A stretch of DNA of 64,000 nucleotides from Candidatus Yanofskybacteria bacterium RIFCSPHIGHO2_01_FULL_44_24 (lineage in GTDB: Bacteria > Patescibacteriota > Minisyncoccia > 2-02-FULL-40-12 > GWA2-44-9), in NCBI GenBank assembly GCA_001794215.1, contig MGJK01000020.1:1016-65015 (forward strand). Direction: 5' to 3'. A model generated the notes under the pieces. It worked only from the letters and a program-made list of their open reading frames with translations, searched no databases and was not told where the DNA came from. This document shows positions 8,754-17,950 of this stretch, one piece after another (the stretch's first letter is position 1; each line of letters opens with the position of its first letter). The position numbers and the translations under genes are program-made.

Positions 8754-10493
8754 ATGCCGAGAAATTCTATTGACGCAGTCCGCCACTCTCTTGCCCATCT
8801 TTTGGGTGCGGCTGTTTTAGAATTGTATCCCGGTTCTAAATTAGCCATCGGCCCGTCAATCGATGATGGTTTTTACTATGACATAGATGTACGAGGTAAG
8901 ATTTCTGATACCGACCTGCCCCGAATAGAAACAGAGATGAGGAAAATCCTGAAAACCTGGGACAAATTCGAAGAAATAAAGGAAACGGCTCAGTCTGCTA
9001 AAAAACGCTATGTCGGCAACGCCTTCAAGCTCGAACTGATTGAAGAATTAGCACAGAAGAAAGAGAAAATAACCTCCTACCAATCCGGAAAATTTATAGA
9101 TCTTTGCCGGGGAGGCCACGTAGAAAAAGCCTCGGACATAAAGCCTGATTCATTTAAGCTTTCGCGTGTCGCCGGCGCCTATTGGCGGGGAGATGAAAAA
9201 AATCCTCAGCTCACCCGTATTTACGGTTATGCTTTCGGAACTAAAAAGGAACTTGATGACTATGTAAAAATACTCGAAGAAGCCAAAAAGAGAGATCATA
9301 AAAAACTCGGTCCCGAATTAGATCTGTTCACCTTCTCTGACTTAGTCGGTCCGGGGCTTCCCTTATGGACGCCAAAGGGCACTCTGCTGAGAAATATTCT
9401 TGATGACTTCGTATGGAGTCTTAGAAAACAACATGACTATCAGCAAGTCGACATTCCTCACATCACCAAGAAGGAGCTCTACGAAAAAAGCGGCCACTGG
9501 GATAAGTTTCAGGATGAACTATTCAAAATAACTACCCGCGAGGGACATCTTTTCGCCATGAAACCGATGAATTGCCCTCACCATACCCAGATATACGCCC
9601 GCAAGCCCCACAGCTATCGTGAACTGCCCCAACGCTACGCCAATACCACCAAAGACTACCGAGACGAACAAACCGGGGAATTGTCCGGCCTATCGAGAGT
9701 TAGAGCCTTTACCCAGGATGATGCTCACGTTTTCTGCCGAATGAATCAGGTCAAAGAAGAATTCCTGAAGGTTTGGGATATCGTCCATGAATTCTATAAA
9801 TCTTTCGGTTTTGAACTTAAGGTACGTCTTTCCCGCCACGATCCCGAGCATATGGAAAAGTATCTGGGCGAGGAGAAAAAATGGCAGTCGGCCGAAAAAA
9901 TACTTAATGAAATAATAAAAGAAAAGAAGGTTAGAGCAATTGATGGACTCGGCGAAGCGGCTTTTTACGGACCCAAGCTGGATTTTCTGGCAAAAGATTC
10001 GATCGGACGAGAATGGCAGGTGGCAACCATACAGCTGGATATGAACATGCCGGAAAGGTTTGACCTGTCCTGTATTAATGAAAAGGGAGAAAAAGAGAGA
10101 ATTGTAATGATCCATGCGGCTATAATGGGTTCGATAGAGAGATTCATCTCGATAGCGATCGAGCACTACGCCGGAGCTTTTCCGTTATGGCTCTCCCCCG
10201 TTCAGGTCGCGATACTGCCGATATCAGAAAACCAGAATAAGTGGTCAGAGTCCATCGCCGAAGAATTAAGATCAGAGGGTATACGGGTCGAAATTAATTT
10301 CGACAACGAGACTCTCGGCAAGAAGATCCGTCAAGCCGAATTGCAGAAAATCCCCTATCTCCTGATAATCGGCGAAAAAGAGGTCGGCGCAAAAACGGTA
10401 TCCGTTCGCCAGAGGAGTAACGGCGACCTCGGCCAGATGACGATTGATAAACTAAAGGACCGGTTAAAGAGCGAGGTGATCAGTAAAAAGTAA
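8754..10493 (+). CDS. thrS: Threonyl-tRNA synthetase lacking the N-terminal TGS domain
   Basis: Begins in the N2 editing domain (HSLAHLL). Has class II motifs, MNCPHH and an anticodon-binding C-terminus. At 579 aa it is shorter than the usual ~640 aa. Confidence 0.9.
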   Translation: MPRNSIDAVRHSLAHLLGAAVLELYPGSKLAIGPSIDDGFYYDIDVRGKISDTDLPRIETEMRKILKTWDKFEEIKETAQSAKKRYVGNAFKLELIEELAQKKEKITSYQSGKFIDLCRGGHVEKASDIKPDSFKLSRVAGAYWRGDEKNPQLTRIYGYAFGTKKELDDYVKILEEAKKRDHKKLGPELDLFTFSDLVGPGLPLWTPKGTLLRNILDDFVWSLRKQHDYQQVDIPHITKKELYEKSGHWDKFQDELFKITTREGHLFAMKPMNCPHHTQIYARKPHSYRELPQRYANTTKDYRDEQTGELSGLSRVRAFTQDDAHVFCRMNQVKEEFLKVWDIVHEFYKSFGFELKVRLSRHDPEHMEKYLGEEKKWQSAEKILNEIIKEKKVRAIDGLGEAAFYGPKLDFLAKDSIGREWQVATIQLDMNMPERFDLSCINEKGEKERIVMIHAAIMGSIERFISIAIEHYAGAFPLWLSPVQVAILPISENQNKWSESIAEELRSEGIRVEINFDNETLGKKIRQAELQKIPYLLIIGEKEVGAKTVSVRQRSNGDLGQMTIDKLKDRLKSEVISKK

Positions 10494-10519
10494 AAGAGAC
10501 CCGGTTAGGTCTCTTTTGA
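10493..10519. terminator. Bidirectional terminator AAAGAGACCcggttaGGTCTCTTT
   Basis: Perfect 9-bp stem with flanking A/T runs between thrS (+) and the 10505-11191 ORF (-). Confidence 0.6.
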
Positions 10520-11191
10520 TTTCTTGAGAATGACTATGAGCAGCGCCAGAAATACGACGGAAAGAAGAATGAGCTGATGGATCGGCTGCATCCTGGAAAC
10601 TAACCCCCAAGCAAATACCATCATCGAGTTTTTCACCAAGTTTCCGGCAAGGACACAAAGCATGCCCTTTTTTGACTTCGACATACTGCAAATGAAAATA
10701 GCCGCTACCCTTGTTCCTGTTTCCGGAATCGAAGAGAACGAGAACAAGCCCCAATAGCCCAAACGCTTTAGTTTCGCGACGACCGGATTAGTATCTGAGA
10801 TAGACCAATGAAGCCATCGGTGCGAAATCTCTAAGATTCGGTCCTTAAGACCCGTTTCTTCGAGAACTGGCGCAGCTACCGTCTTGATCTCCTTACCAAG
10901 CTCGATAGTTTCCTTAACTAACGGCTTTTTATAGAAGGTTCGAAGCACCAAATCTCGAAACCAGACCAAAAAGTAAAACCAAAAAATCAGCTCAAGAGTA
11001 GAAACGATACAGATAATTACAAATATCTGCTTAAGGGTAAGGGCTGGTATAAGCCAAGAAAGATCGTATAGGCTGACCCCCCAAATACATAGGGCTCGCT
11101 TATGAAGACTCGGGATAACAACCCAATCGGTATTTAGGAACCAGACTACAAAAGCCAGTAGGAACGGCCAGACCTTCTGCCATTTTTTCAA
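10505..11191 (-). CDS. polytopic membrane protein, possibly VTT/DedA-like
   Basis: Multiple TM segments. Weak resemblance to the DedA G..R..P...AG motif region. Confidence 0.3.
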   Translation of the reverse strand: MKKWQKVWPFLLAFVVWFLNTDWVVIPSLHKRALCIWGVSLYDLSWLIPALTLKQIFVIICIVSTLELIFWFYFLVWFRDLVLRTFYKKPLVKETIELGKEIKTVAAPVLEETGLKDRILEISHRWLHWSISDTNPVVAKLKRLGYWGLFSFSSIPETGTRVAAIFICSMSKSKKGMLCVLAGNLVKNSMMVFAWGLVSRMQPIHQLILLSVVFLALLIVILKKSKET

Positions 11192-11202
11192 GGATCGCCC
11201 CC

Positions 11203-11232
11203 TTGTTAACTATACGGTGCTTGATATATAAT
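11203..11232 (+). promoter_or_regulatory. sigma70-like promoter TTGTTA-N18-TATAAT upstream of miaA
   Basis: Hexamers at 11203-11208 and 11227-11232. The site also contains the TTGATATATAAT word. Confidence 0.4.
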
Positions 11233-11241
11233 ACACCAAAA

Positions 11242-12264
11242 ATGAATAAAATCAACCGACCGGCTGGCAGAAAGAAAATTATCGTAATCGTAGGGCCCAC
11301 AGCTTCAGGAAAATCCGATTTAGGCGTTGAATTGGCCCGAAAATTTAATGGAGAAATAATATCGGCCGACTCAAGGCAGGTGTACAAAGGAATGGATATC
11401 GGCACCGGCAAAGTCCGAAGAGATCGGACTTTGCCGAAGTTAAAAGTTTTCTTAAAGAAGAATTTTTATTCAGAAGGAGTAAGGCATTATTTATTGGATA
11501 TGGTTTCGCCGAAAAAACAATTCACCGCTGATGATTTTAAAAAACTGGGAGAAAAAACCATTAAAAAAATCCTGGGAGAAAATAAAATTCCGATTATAGT
11601 CGGCGGAACCGGATTTTATATAGATATCCTCCTGGGCCGGATGAAAACGGCTTCGGTGCCGCCAAATTTAAAACTGAGAAAAACTCTCGATAATAAACCG
11701 GCTAAACGATTGTTCGAGATGCTGTTAAAGCTTGACCCCCAACGAGCTAAAACTATCGACCGCCATAATAAGCGCCGACTGATAAGAGCATTAGAGATTA
11801 TCCTCACCACAAAAAGACCTTCTCTGACTACCTACCACTTACTACCTACTACTAACTACAAGGTTTTATGGCTCGGTATAAACCCCGGAAAAGAAGTCCT
11901 GGCTAAGAAAATAAAAAAACGCCTCGACCAAAGATTGGATCAAGGAATGATTAAAGAAGTATTTAAGCTCCGTAAACAAGGAATGAGCTGGAAGAGGCTC
12001 GATAACTTCGGTCTCGAATACCGGTGGCTCTCGCGCTACCTAAAACAATTTTCAATTTTCAATTTTCAATTTTCAACAAAACCAAACGCCGAGAATTTTA
12101 AGAAATCAGAATATTATCAGAATCTTTTAAGGGATATTATCAAATACTCGAAACGCCAGATGACCTGGTTTAAGAGAAATAAAGAGATCCATTGGCTGAG
12201 CTCTAATGAGGCGAGTGAGCTCAGAAAGGCAGAGGGGCTGACGAGAAAATTTATTTATTCCTGA
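11242..12264 (+). CDS. miaA: tRNA dimethylallyltransferase
   Basis: P-loop IIVIVGPTASGKS and ...SADSRQVYKGMDIGTGK. The ORF in the track starts earlier; the ATG at 11242 is preferred. The coding (CAATTTT)x4 repeat at 12048-12078 lies in the C-terminal part. Confidence 0.85.
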   Translation: MNKINRPAGRKKIIVIVGPTASGKSDLGVELARKFNGEIISADSRQVYKGMDIGTGKVRRDRTLPKLKVFLKKNFYSEGVRHYLLDMVSPKKQFTADDFKKLGEKTIKKILGENKIPIIVGGTGFYIDILLGRMKTASVPPNLKLRKTLDNKPAKRLFEMLLKLDPQRAKTIDRHNKRRLIRALEIILTTKRPSLTTYHLLPTTNYKVLWLGINPGKEVLAKKIKKRLDQRLDQGMIKEVFKLRKQGMSWKRLDNFGLEYRWLSRYLKQFSIFNFQFSTKPNAENFKKSEYYQNLLRDIIKYSKRQMTWFKRNKEIHWLSSNEASELRKAEGLTRKFIYS

Positions 12265-12485
12265 GGCTCTTTTTCTGAAGGTCCGCGTATTTCTCCTTCG
12301 GTTGGAGTAGTGCGCTCGGATACGAATTTTGACCCCCTCTGTTCTACTCTTCTTTCCATAGTCGCATCGTATCTTTCTTTTTCAGTTAACGACTCCATGG
12401 CTGATTTCTCGTGGAACCTCTTTTCGCCCAGGTTCATTCTGGGTTGAAAATTAGTTACCAATCTTACTATAAGTTTTTTGATCAT
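12255..12485 (-). CDS. small charged hypothetical protein (76 aa)
   Basis: ORF only; it fills the miaA-gatB gap. Confidence 0.2.
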   Translation of the reverse strand: MIKKLIVRLVTNFQPRMNLGEKRFHEKSAMESLTEKERYDATMERRVEQRGSKFVSERTTPTEGEIRGPSEKEPQE

Positions 12486-12489
12486 AGTT

Positions 12490-14016
12490 TTATTTTAACA
12501 TACCTTTTAGAATCCCCTCGACCACCTGGGGATTAGCTTTGCCCTTGGTTTCTCTCATTGCCATACCGACAAGAAACCTGATTGAAGCTTCTTTCCCAGC
12601 CTTAAAATCCTCGACGGCTTTTGGATTATCCGTGATAACCTTCGCAACTGCCGAATTAAGATCCTCTACGTTAGAGACCTGCTCTAGATTTTTTTCTTTG
12701 ATTATCTGTCCAGGCGAAAAGCCCGTTGCAAACATTTCTTTTAGAACAGTCTGGGCGCCGGACGAGGAAACCTCTGAATGAAACACTCTGACCACTAAAT
12801 CAGCGAACATTTCCGGACTGATCTTAGTATCGGCCGGATCGGCGCCAACGCTGTCGGCCATTCTCTTCAGTTCGGTAATGACGTAGTTAGAAGCAAGCTT
12901 TAAAAGCCGGCCTTGGTGTTCCGGATCCGGTTTTTTAAGGTGATCAAGCCTATCAAAAGATAACAATTCGCTGGCAACATGCTCAAAGTAATCTCCTAAC
13001 GGCTTATTAACCGTAAACATCTCTACGTCATGGCCCGGCAATCCGTACTGTCTCACGAATCTTTCTCTCCTTTGCTGAGGCAATTCCGGCATTTCCGACC
13101 TGATCTTTTCGGCAGAAAACAGGGTTGGCGGCCCGCCCGTTGCGGGCGAGGCTCGCCCATTCGCAATGCGAATGGGCGGCAGATCAGGCTCCGGAAAATA
13201 GCGGTAATCATGGGCCTCTTCTTTGGAACGCTGGCTGAAGCTTTGTTTTTTAAACTCATCCCAGCCTCGGGTTTCCTGTTTTATCTTTTCTCCGGATTCC
13301 AACAACTCTCTCTGCCTTTTTATTTCATAGTCAACCGCGTCGGCCGCAAATTTAACCGAATTAATATTCTTAATCTCTACTTTGGTGCCCCAGCTTCCAT
13401 CAGGATTGGTTAAAGAAATATTGACCTCAATGCGCATCTGGCCCTTTTCCATATTTGCATCGGATACCTCAAGATACCGCCATATAAGTTGCAACTCTTC
13501 GGCGAATCTTTTAACTTGGTCGCCATTCTCAAAATCAGGCTCGGTTACTAATTCCATCAAGGGCACGCCAGCCCGATTGTAATCAACCAAAGAGTAATTT
13601 TTGTCCGGCAGATGATATAAACGTCCGGCATCTTCTTCTAAGTGAATCCGCGTTATACGAATTTTCTTTGATTGTGAGTTATTGGTCGTAGGTTGTAGGT
13701 TAAGGTATCCTTCATAGCACAAAGGTTTCTGATATTGGGATATCTGATAACCCTTAGGAAGATCCGGATAAAAATAATTTTTGCGTTCAAAAAACGTATC
13801 CTCGGCAATTTTACAGTTAAGAGCGAGGCCGGCGGTTATCACCTTTTCAATGGCCGCCATATTAATTACCGGAAGAGTTCCCGGATGACCCATGCAAATC
13901 GGACAAACGTTAATATTGGGATGCTTTTCATCCGGATCATTTAAAGAATCGCAGAACATCTTGGTCTTCGTTTTTAACTCTGCGTGTACCTCCAGTCCTA
14001 TAACAGGTTTGTACAT
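12490..14016 (-). CDS. gatB: Asp-tRNA(Asn)/Glu-tRNA(Gln) amidotransferase subunit B
   Basis: MYKPVIGLEVHAELKTKTKMFC... and the conserved ...YRYFPEPDLPP...PELP region. Confidence 0.9.
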   Translation of the reverse strand: MYKPVIGLEVHAELKTKTKMFCDSLNDPDEKHPNINVCPICMGHPGTLPVINMAAIEKVITAGLALNCKIAEDTFFERKNYFYPDLPKGYQISQYQKPLCYEGYLNLQPTTNNSQSKKIRITRIHLEEDAGRLYHLPDKNYSLVDYNRAGVPLMELVTEPDFENGDQVKRFAEELQLIWRYLEVSDANMEKGQMRIEVNISLTNPDGSWGTKVEIKNINSVKFAADAVDYEIKRQRELLESGEKIKQETRGWDEFKKQSFSQRSKEEAHDYRYFPEPDLPPIRIANGRASPATGGPPTLFSAEKIRSEMPELPQQRRERFVRQYGLPGHDVEMFTVNKPLGDYFEHVASELLSFDRLDHLKKPDPEHQGRLLKLASNYVITELKRMADSVGADPADTKISPEMFADLVVRVFHSEVSSSGAQTVLKEMFATGFSPGQIIKEKNLEQVSNVEDLNSAVAKVITDNPKAVEDFKAGKEASIRFLVGMAMRETKGKANPQVVEGILKGMLK

Positions 14017-14110
14017 TAAATTAATTTAAAATTTAAAAATTAAAATTAAAAATGACAATGTAAAATTCAAAGTTTTAAGATTTTAAACTATCATTTTCCA
14101 TTTTGATATT
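14017..14110. repeat. AT-rich low-complexity repeats (TTAAAAT-like), including the AAAATGACAATGTAAAATT word shared in inverted orientation with 44238-44257
   Basis: Direct reading. The same 19-mer occurs as its reverse complement upstream of htrA. Confidence 0.6.
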
Positions 14111-14157
14111 TGAACTTTACATTTTGTCTAGTTTATCACTATTTTTACAACAAAAAA

Positions 14158-14180
14158 AGCCCCGATTTGGGGCTAAGCTT
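14158..14180 (-). terminator. Terminator GCCCCaaatcGGGGC + T-run (minus strand, after thyX)
   Basis: Inverted repeat followed by TTTTTTTGTTG on the minus strand. Confidence 0.6.
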
Positions 14181-14181
14181 A

Positions 14182-15099
14182 CTATGCGACAAAGTTTAAT
14201 CTTTTCAATTTATCCAGAAATTCGCTTCTTTCGCGCTTATTTACTATCCCTCTTTCCAGTATGGCAGATAATCTTGGCATATCCATGGGCCATTGATTCT
14301 GGCTGAGTATATCCAGCTCAAGCCTTGAAAAGGACAAAGCGTAAAGCTGATAATCTTCAAAGGCTCCGTAAGATATGGGCATGGCATCTTTAATGATGCG
14401 AGCCATAGCCTCGCCGAACACCCTGATCTCATACTGGGCATGGGTATCGAGGCGCAATCTTAAGAAATGGAGAAGATTGTGCAGATCAATTTTCCAGTAC
14501 CATTGAGTGTAGTTAGCCACAGATAAGCCGATGCGGGAAAGCTCTTTTGCCAAACCGACATCATCAATAAACCGTTTGTAGGTTCGGTACTGACTGTTGT
14601 ATTCAGCCTTGAGTAAACCCAGAACAAAGCGCTGATCTTCTTCGCTTAAATTTTCGCTCCTGCCCTGGCGGTTATCGGCTGACTGCTTTTTCAGAACGGC
14701 CGGCTCAGGAAGATAAAATTCGTCCAACATTTTCGAATATCGTCCGGAGTATTCATTCACATTGGCGGTCCGGTGGCGGATCCATTGGCGGGCTACAAAA
14801 ATAGGCATCTTGCAATGGAACTTGAATTCCACCATCTCTGAAGGGGTAGTATGCAGGTGTCTCCGCAAATATCGGATAAGCCCCCTGTCTTCGTTTACTT
14901 TTTTAGTCCCCTTTCCGTATGAAACGCGAGCCGCCTGAGCGATCGACTCATCACAGCCCATATAGTCGACAAGATAAACAAAACCATGATCAAGACACTG
15001 AATCGGCCTATGCAACCACTTTTCCGCGCCTTCGCTAATTGGGCGGAAAGTTGAATGAGTTTCCTCAAATATTCGAGCCGGAAGATTTTCTTCGCTCAT
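14182..15099 (-). CDS. thyX: Flavin-dependent thymidylate synthase ThyX
   Basis: ThyX motif ARQWIRHRTANVNEYSGRY (RHR...S). The track ORF extends to 15156; the preferred start is MSEENLP at 15099. Confidence 0.85.
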   Translation of the reverse strand: MSEENLPARIFEETHSTFRPISEGAEKWLHRPIQCLDHGFVYLVDYMGCDESIAQAARVSYGKGTKKVNEDRGLIRYLRRHLHTTPSEMVEFKFHCKMPIFVARQWIRHRTANVNEYSGRYSKMLDEFYLPEPAVLKKQSADNRQGRSENLSEEDQRFVLGLLKAEYNSQYRTYKRFIDDVGLAKELSRIGLSVANYTQWYWKIDLHNLLHFLRLRLDTHAQYEIRVFGEAMARIIKDAMPISYGAFEDYQLYALSFSRLELDILSQNQWPMDMPRLSAILERGIVNKRERSEFLDKLKRLNFVA

Positions 15100-15159
15100 A
15101 TCGCTCCTCAATGTTAATGTACTGCTAAAGAATGTTATCAAAAAAGATATCAACAAAAA

Positions 15160-15182
15160 AGCCCCGCTGCAGCGGGGCAGAA
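15160..15182 (-). terminator. Terminator GCCCCGCTGCAGCGGGGC + TTTTTTGTT (minus strand, after tmk)
   Basis: Perfect GC hairpin followed by a T-run on the minus strand. Confidence 0.65.
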
Positions 15183-15184
15183 AA

Positions 15185-15862
15185 TCACAAGTCTGTACTA
15201 TCGGTCAGGCCCAAGATAAAGTAAAGAACATTCTTGGTCATCTCGAAGACTTCTTGAGGACTCTTACTGCCGTCGATAACATAGCAGTTATCGTAATCCT
15301 GGGCGAAAGCAAGATAATTATTCCTTACCCGCCTTAGATTCTCGATCTCTTCGAACTGATCAAGAACCTTGCCGGATTTGAGCATTCTATCCATCGCAAC
15401 CTCAACCGGAACATCGTAGATTATATTTCCGTCCGGCCAGATAAAATCAGTGCCTGAATACTTAAAAACCTGTTCCTGAATATTCATTAAATCATCGAAG
15501 TTGGCATAGGAATCGGCGCCGAAAACTACAGAAACCGGTCCGCGATCAGCTAAGACGTGAATCCCCGAAGAAATCCAAGGAATAACCCTGTTCCTGTAAT
15601 TCCAGACCCTGTCCCTGAAGTACATCTCCTGGAACTGATAGGAATGCATCTCCGATAACTTCAGGGTCGGGTGCTGCTTTCTCAAAATAGAATAGATCTC
15701 CCGACCGGAAGGTTGATCAGTCGGTTCCTTGGTAAGAGCGAGTTTTAGATCTTTAAAATAAGCCTTTAAAAAGTTGACTGCCCGGGCATACTGTTCGCTT
15801 TTACCGGAACCGTCGATCCCCTCAAAGGTTATAAATTTTCCGGGATACGGATTTGATATCAT
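15185..15862 (-). CDS. tmk: Thymidylate kinase
   Basis: P-loop FITFEGIDGSGKSEQ. Confidence 0.9.
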   Translation of the reverse strand: MISNPYPGKFITFEGIDGSGKSEQYARAVNFLKAYFKDLKLALTKEPTDQPSGREIYSILRKQHPTLKLSEMHSYQFQEMYFRDRVWNYRNRVIPWISSGIHVLADRGPVSVVFGADSYANFDDLMNIQEQVFKYSGTDFIWPDGNIIYDVPVEVAMDRMLKSGKVLDQFEEIENLRRVRNNYLAFAQDYDNCYVIDGSKSPQEVFEMTKNVLYFILGLTDSTDL

Positions 15863-15949
15863 ATCGATCTCCTTAAAAAGAACTGAACTAAAAGATTATA
15901 GAACTTTATAAATCAGGATGCAAGGAGCAATTCCGTCGGCTTCATAAAA

Positions 15950-16430
15950 ACCGCTCAACCTTAAGCTCCGCCGTAACCCATTCAGGGAGGGCACGACATA
16001 ACAGATCTTACTCGCCCCTTGTCCATCTTCAGCACGCCTCCGGCTTTTCCTGCGAAAACCTCGGCTATGTTCGCCCCGCCCTTTCAGATCCAAGCAAAGG
16101 GCGGGGTCTCAAATGCTTCAGATGGACAAGGGGCTTCGTCTTAGTTTTTCGTAGATCACTTAGTCGGATTAAATCTCTATAGACACTGAGCGAGGCCTTG
16201 ACCGTGAAGGGATCTACAGAAAATCATAACGAAGCCTTGGCTTATGAGAGGATTTGCGCAGGCTGACCGAGCCGAGTAAAAGACAAAATTTCAGCTCGCC
16301 TCGCCGAAGCCTACGGCGGAGCGCGGGCAGAAATTTATGGCGTGCCTCGAATAAGCCAAGGCTGAGTGGACTCTATGCCGTACCCTGAATGGGTTGAAGC
16401 AGAGCTTCTTTATGGTGTGTCCTTTATAGA
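15950..16430. repeat. GC-rich noncoding region built from ~34-nt repeat units (consensus roughly CTATGCCGTRCCCTGAATRGGTTRAGGCGRAGC) in both orientations, forming nested perfect inverted repeats
   Basis: Perfect pairings: 15975-15987/16383-16395 (13 bp); 16015-16028/16120-16133 (14 bp); 16074-16084/16096-16106 (11 bp); 16233-16245/16351-16363 (13 bp). Tandem units lie at 16335-16369 and 16373-16405. A homologous copy lies at 37330-37500. Confidence 0.7.
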
Positions 16431-16437
16431 TTGGGGG

Positions 16438-16474
16438 CTAAGCAAGTAAAAATCCCCTCTGGGGATTTTTACTT
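16438..16474 (-). terminator. Hairpin AGCAAGTAAAAATCCCCtctGGGGATTTTTACTTGCT overlapping the rplK stop
   Basis: 17-bp perfect palindrome. The inner GGGG/CCCC stem is followed by ATTTTTACTT on the minus strand. Confidence 0.5.
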
Positions 16475-16891
16475 GCTGACTTCTATGCCCATGGAGCGTG
16501 CCGTGCCTTCGACTATCTTCATCGCGGCATCGACATCATTTGCGTTGAGATCTCCTATTTTTTTCTCGGCTATTTTCCTGACCTGATCTTTGGTTACCTT
16601 TCCGATTTTTTCTTTATTTGGAGTCCCGGAGCCCTTTTCGATTCCGGCCGCAACTCTTAACAGATAGGCCGCTGGAGGAGTTTTTAATTTAAATTCAAAA
16701 GTCCGGTCTTCGTAGATCGTAATCTCAACGGGGATAACTTCGCCCTGCTGAGCCTTGGTTGCCTCGTTGACCTGCTGCATGAACTGTTGGAGATTGATCC
16801 CCTGAGGACCCAAAGCCTGACCGATCTTGGCCGGCTCCAGCGCTCCGCCGGTTACCTGAATTTTTACTATTGTTTTTATTTTCTTCGCCAT
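16469..16891 (-). CDS. rplK: 50S ribosomal protein L11
   Basis: [16 protein letters not shown]...[14 protein letters not shown] is the L11 family signature. The track ORF starts 21 nt further upstream at 16912. Confidence 0.9.
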   Translation of the reverse strand: MAKKIKTIVKIQVTGGALEPAKIGQALGPQGINLQQFMQQVNEATKAQQGEVIPVEITIYEDRTFEFKLKTPPAAYLLRVAAGIEKGSGTPNKEKIGKVTKDQVRKIAEKKIGDLNANDVDAAMKIVEGTARSMGIEVSK

Positions 16892-17062
16892 AACTTGTTC
16901 GCCCTCCGCCAACTTTCGTTAGGCGGTACGGACCCTTCGGGTTCTCTCAACTTCTTTGTTAAAACCTGCGGTCCTCCCTCGCCATAGTTCACTATGGCTC
17001 GATCCGGTCCTCGGTTTTACCTCGAATTTGAGCAAACGACCTGCGTTATCAGTGCCACATAT

Positions 17063-17608
17063 TTATAATTTCTTAATCTGCAGAAAATCAAGCTCGACAG
17101 GTGTCTCTCTTCCGAAGATAGTCACCAACACTTTAACTCTTCCTCGCTCCATGTCAATCTCCGATATCTTCCCGTCAAAATCCTTGAACGGCCCGTCGGT
17201 AATCTTGACCCGGTCGCCCACCGCCACGTCAATTTTGTATTTAGGCTCCTCGACGCCCATCCTCTTCATAAGTATGTCGATTTCGGCAGCTGATAAAGGC
17301 GTAGGAATGGTCCCCGCTCCGATAAATCCGGTAACATTTGGGGTATTCCTGACCACGTACCAGGAATCATCATCGACAACCATTTCCACTAAAACGTACC
17401 CGGGATAGATCTTCTCTTCAATGACCTCTCTCTTTCCGCCCTTTATCTTGATCTTTTTTTCCTTGGGAACAAGAACGCTAAAAATCTTGTCCTCAAAACC
17501 GAGGGATTCTACTCTTTGTTTAAGATTACGGGCGACATTATCTTCATAGCCGGAATAGGTGTGAATGGCATACCAATGACGCTCTCCTGTTGTTACCTGT
17601 TTTGGCAT
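17063..17608 (-). CDS. nusG: Transcription termination/antitermination factor NusG
   Basis: NGN domain (WYAIHTYSGYE) plus C-terminal KOW (GDRVKITDGPFKDFDGKI). Confidence 0.9.
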   Translation of the reverse strand: MPKQVTTGERHWYAIHTYSGYEDNVARNLKQRVESLGFEDKIFSVLVPKEKKIKIKGGKREVIEEKIYPGYVLVEMVVDDDSWYVVRNTPNVTGFIGAGTIPTPLSAAEIDILMKRMGVEEPKYKIDVAVGDRVKITDGPFKDFDGKISEIDMERGRVKVLVTIFGRETPVELDFLQIKKL

Positions 17609-17609
17609 T

Positions 17610-17795
17610 TTATTTAAGTATGAGCTCCTTTAACAATGTTCCAAGGCCCAAATCGACTAATCCCAAAAAGACAGCCAAAAAGAGGCTGATACCGACCACT
17701 ATCAAGGTATACTGGGTTGTCTGCTTTCGAGTTGGCCAGTTGACCTTTGAGAGCTCCGTTTTAACGTCTTTTAAGAAATTGACTACTTTGTCCAT
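17610..17795 (-). CDS. secE: Preprotein translocase subunit SecE
   Basis: 61 aa with a single C-terminal TM helix, in the conserved position upstream of nusG. Confidence 0.8.
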   Translation of the reverse strand: MDKVVNFLKDVKTELSKVNWPTRKQTTQYTLIVVGISLFLAVFLGLVDLGLGTLLKELILK

Positions 17796-17823
17796 AGGTG
17801 AAATAAATAGTTAGAAAACCTTA

Positions 17824-17882
17824 CCCCGCACCAATTTCGTCCGCTGACCGCCATTAAGAAAAGAGGCGGAATTGGTGCGGGG
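17824..17882. promoter_or_regulatory. 59-nt near-perfect palindromic structure immediately upstream of secE
   Basis: 13-bp perfect outer stem CCCCGCACCAATT/AATTGGTGCGGGG enclosing an inner CCGCC/GGCGG stem. It is not a tRNA. Confidence 0.4.
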
Positions 17883-17925
17883 TTAAATGGCTGTAACCAA
17901 TCGCAAAAGCTCTTGGACATCCATT

Positions 17926-17950
17926 TAAAAACGCCCCGGGGCGTATTAAA
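17926..17950 (-). terminator. Terminator ACGCCccggGGCGT + TTTTTAAAT (minus strand)
   Basis: Perfect 5-bp GC stem with a CCGG loop, flanked by A5 and T5 runs; downstream of pyrH. Confidence 0.5.

Noticed and set aside
15896-16435. Possibility that the GC-rich structured block is RNase P RNA, tmRNA, SRP RNA or a group II intron domain
   Set aside because: None of the family-specific conserved words is present. These are GGAAAGUCCGG and AGGGUGAAA for RNase P, a T-loop and ...CCACCA acceptor for tmRNA, AGGUCCGGAAGGAAGCAGCC for SRP, and GAGC...GAAA...GUUC for group II domain V. The helices are perfect and derive from repeated units, which fits repeats better. The 65-aa ORF at 15896-16093 lies inside this block and is rejected too.
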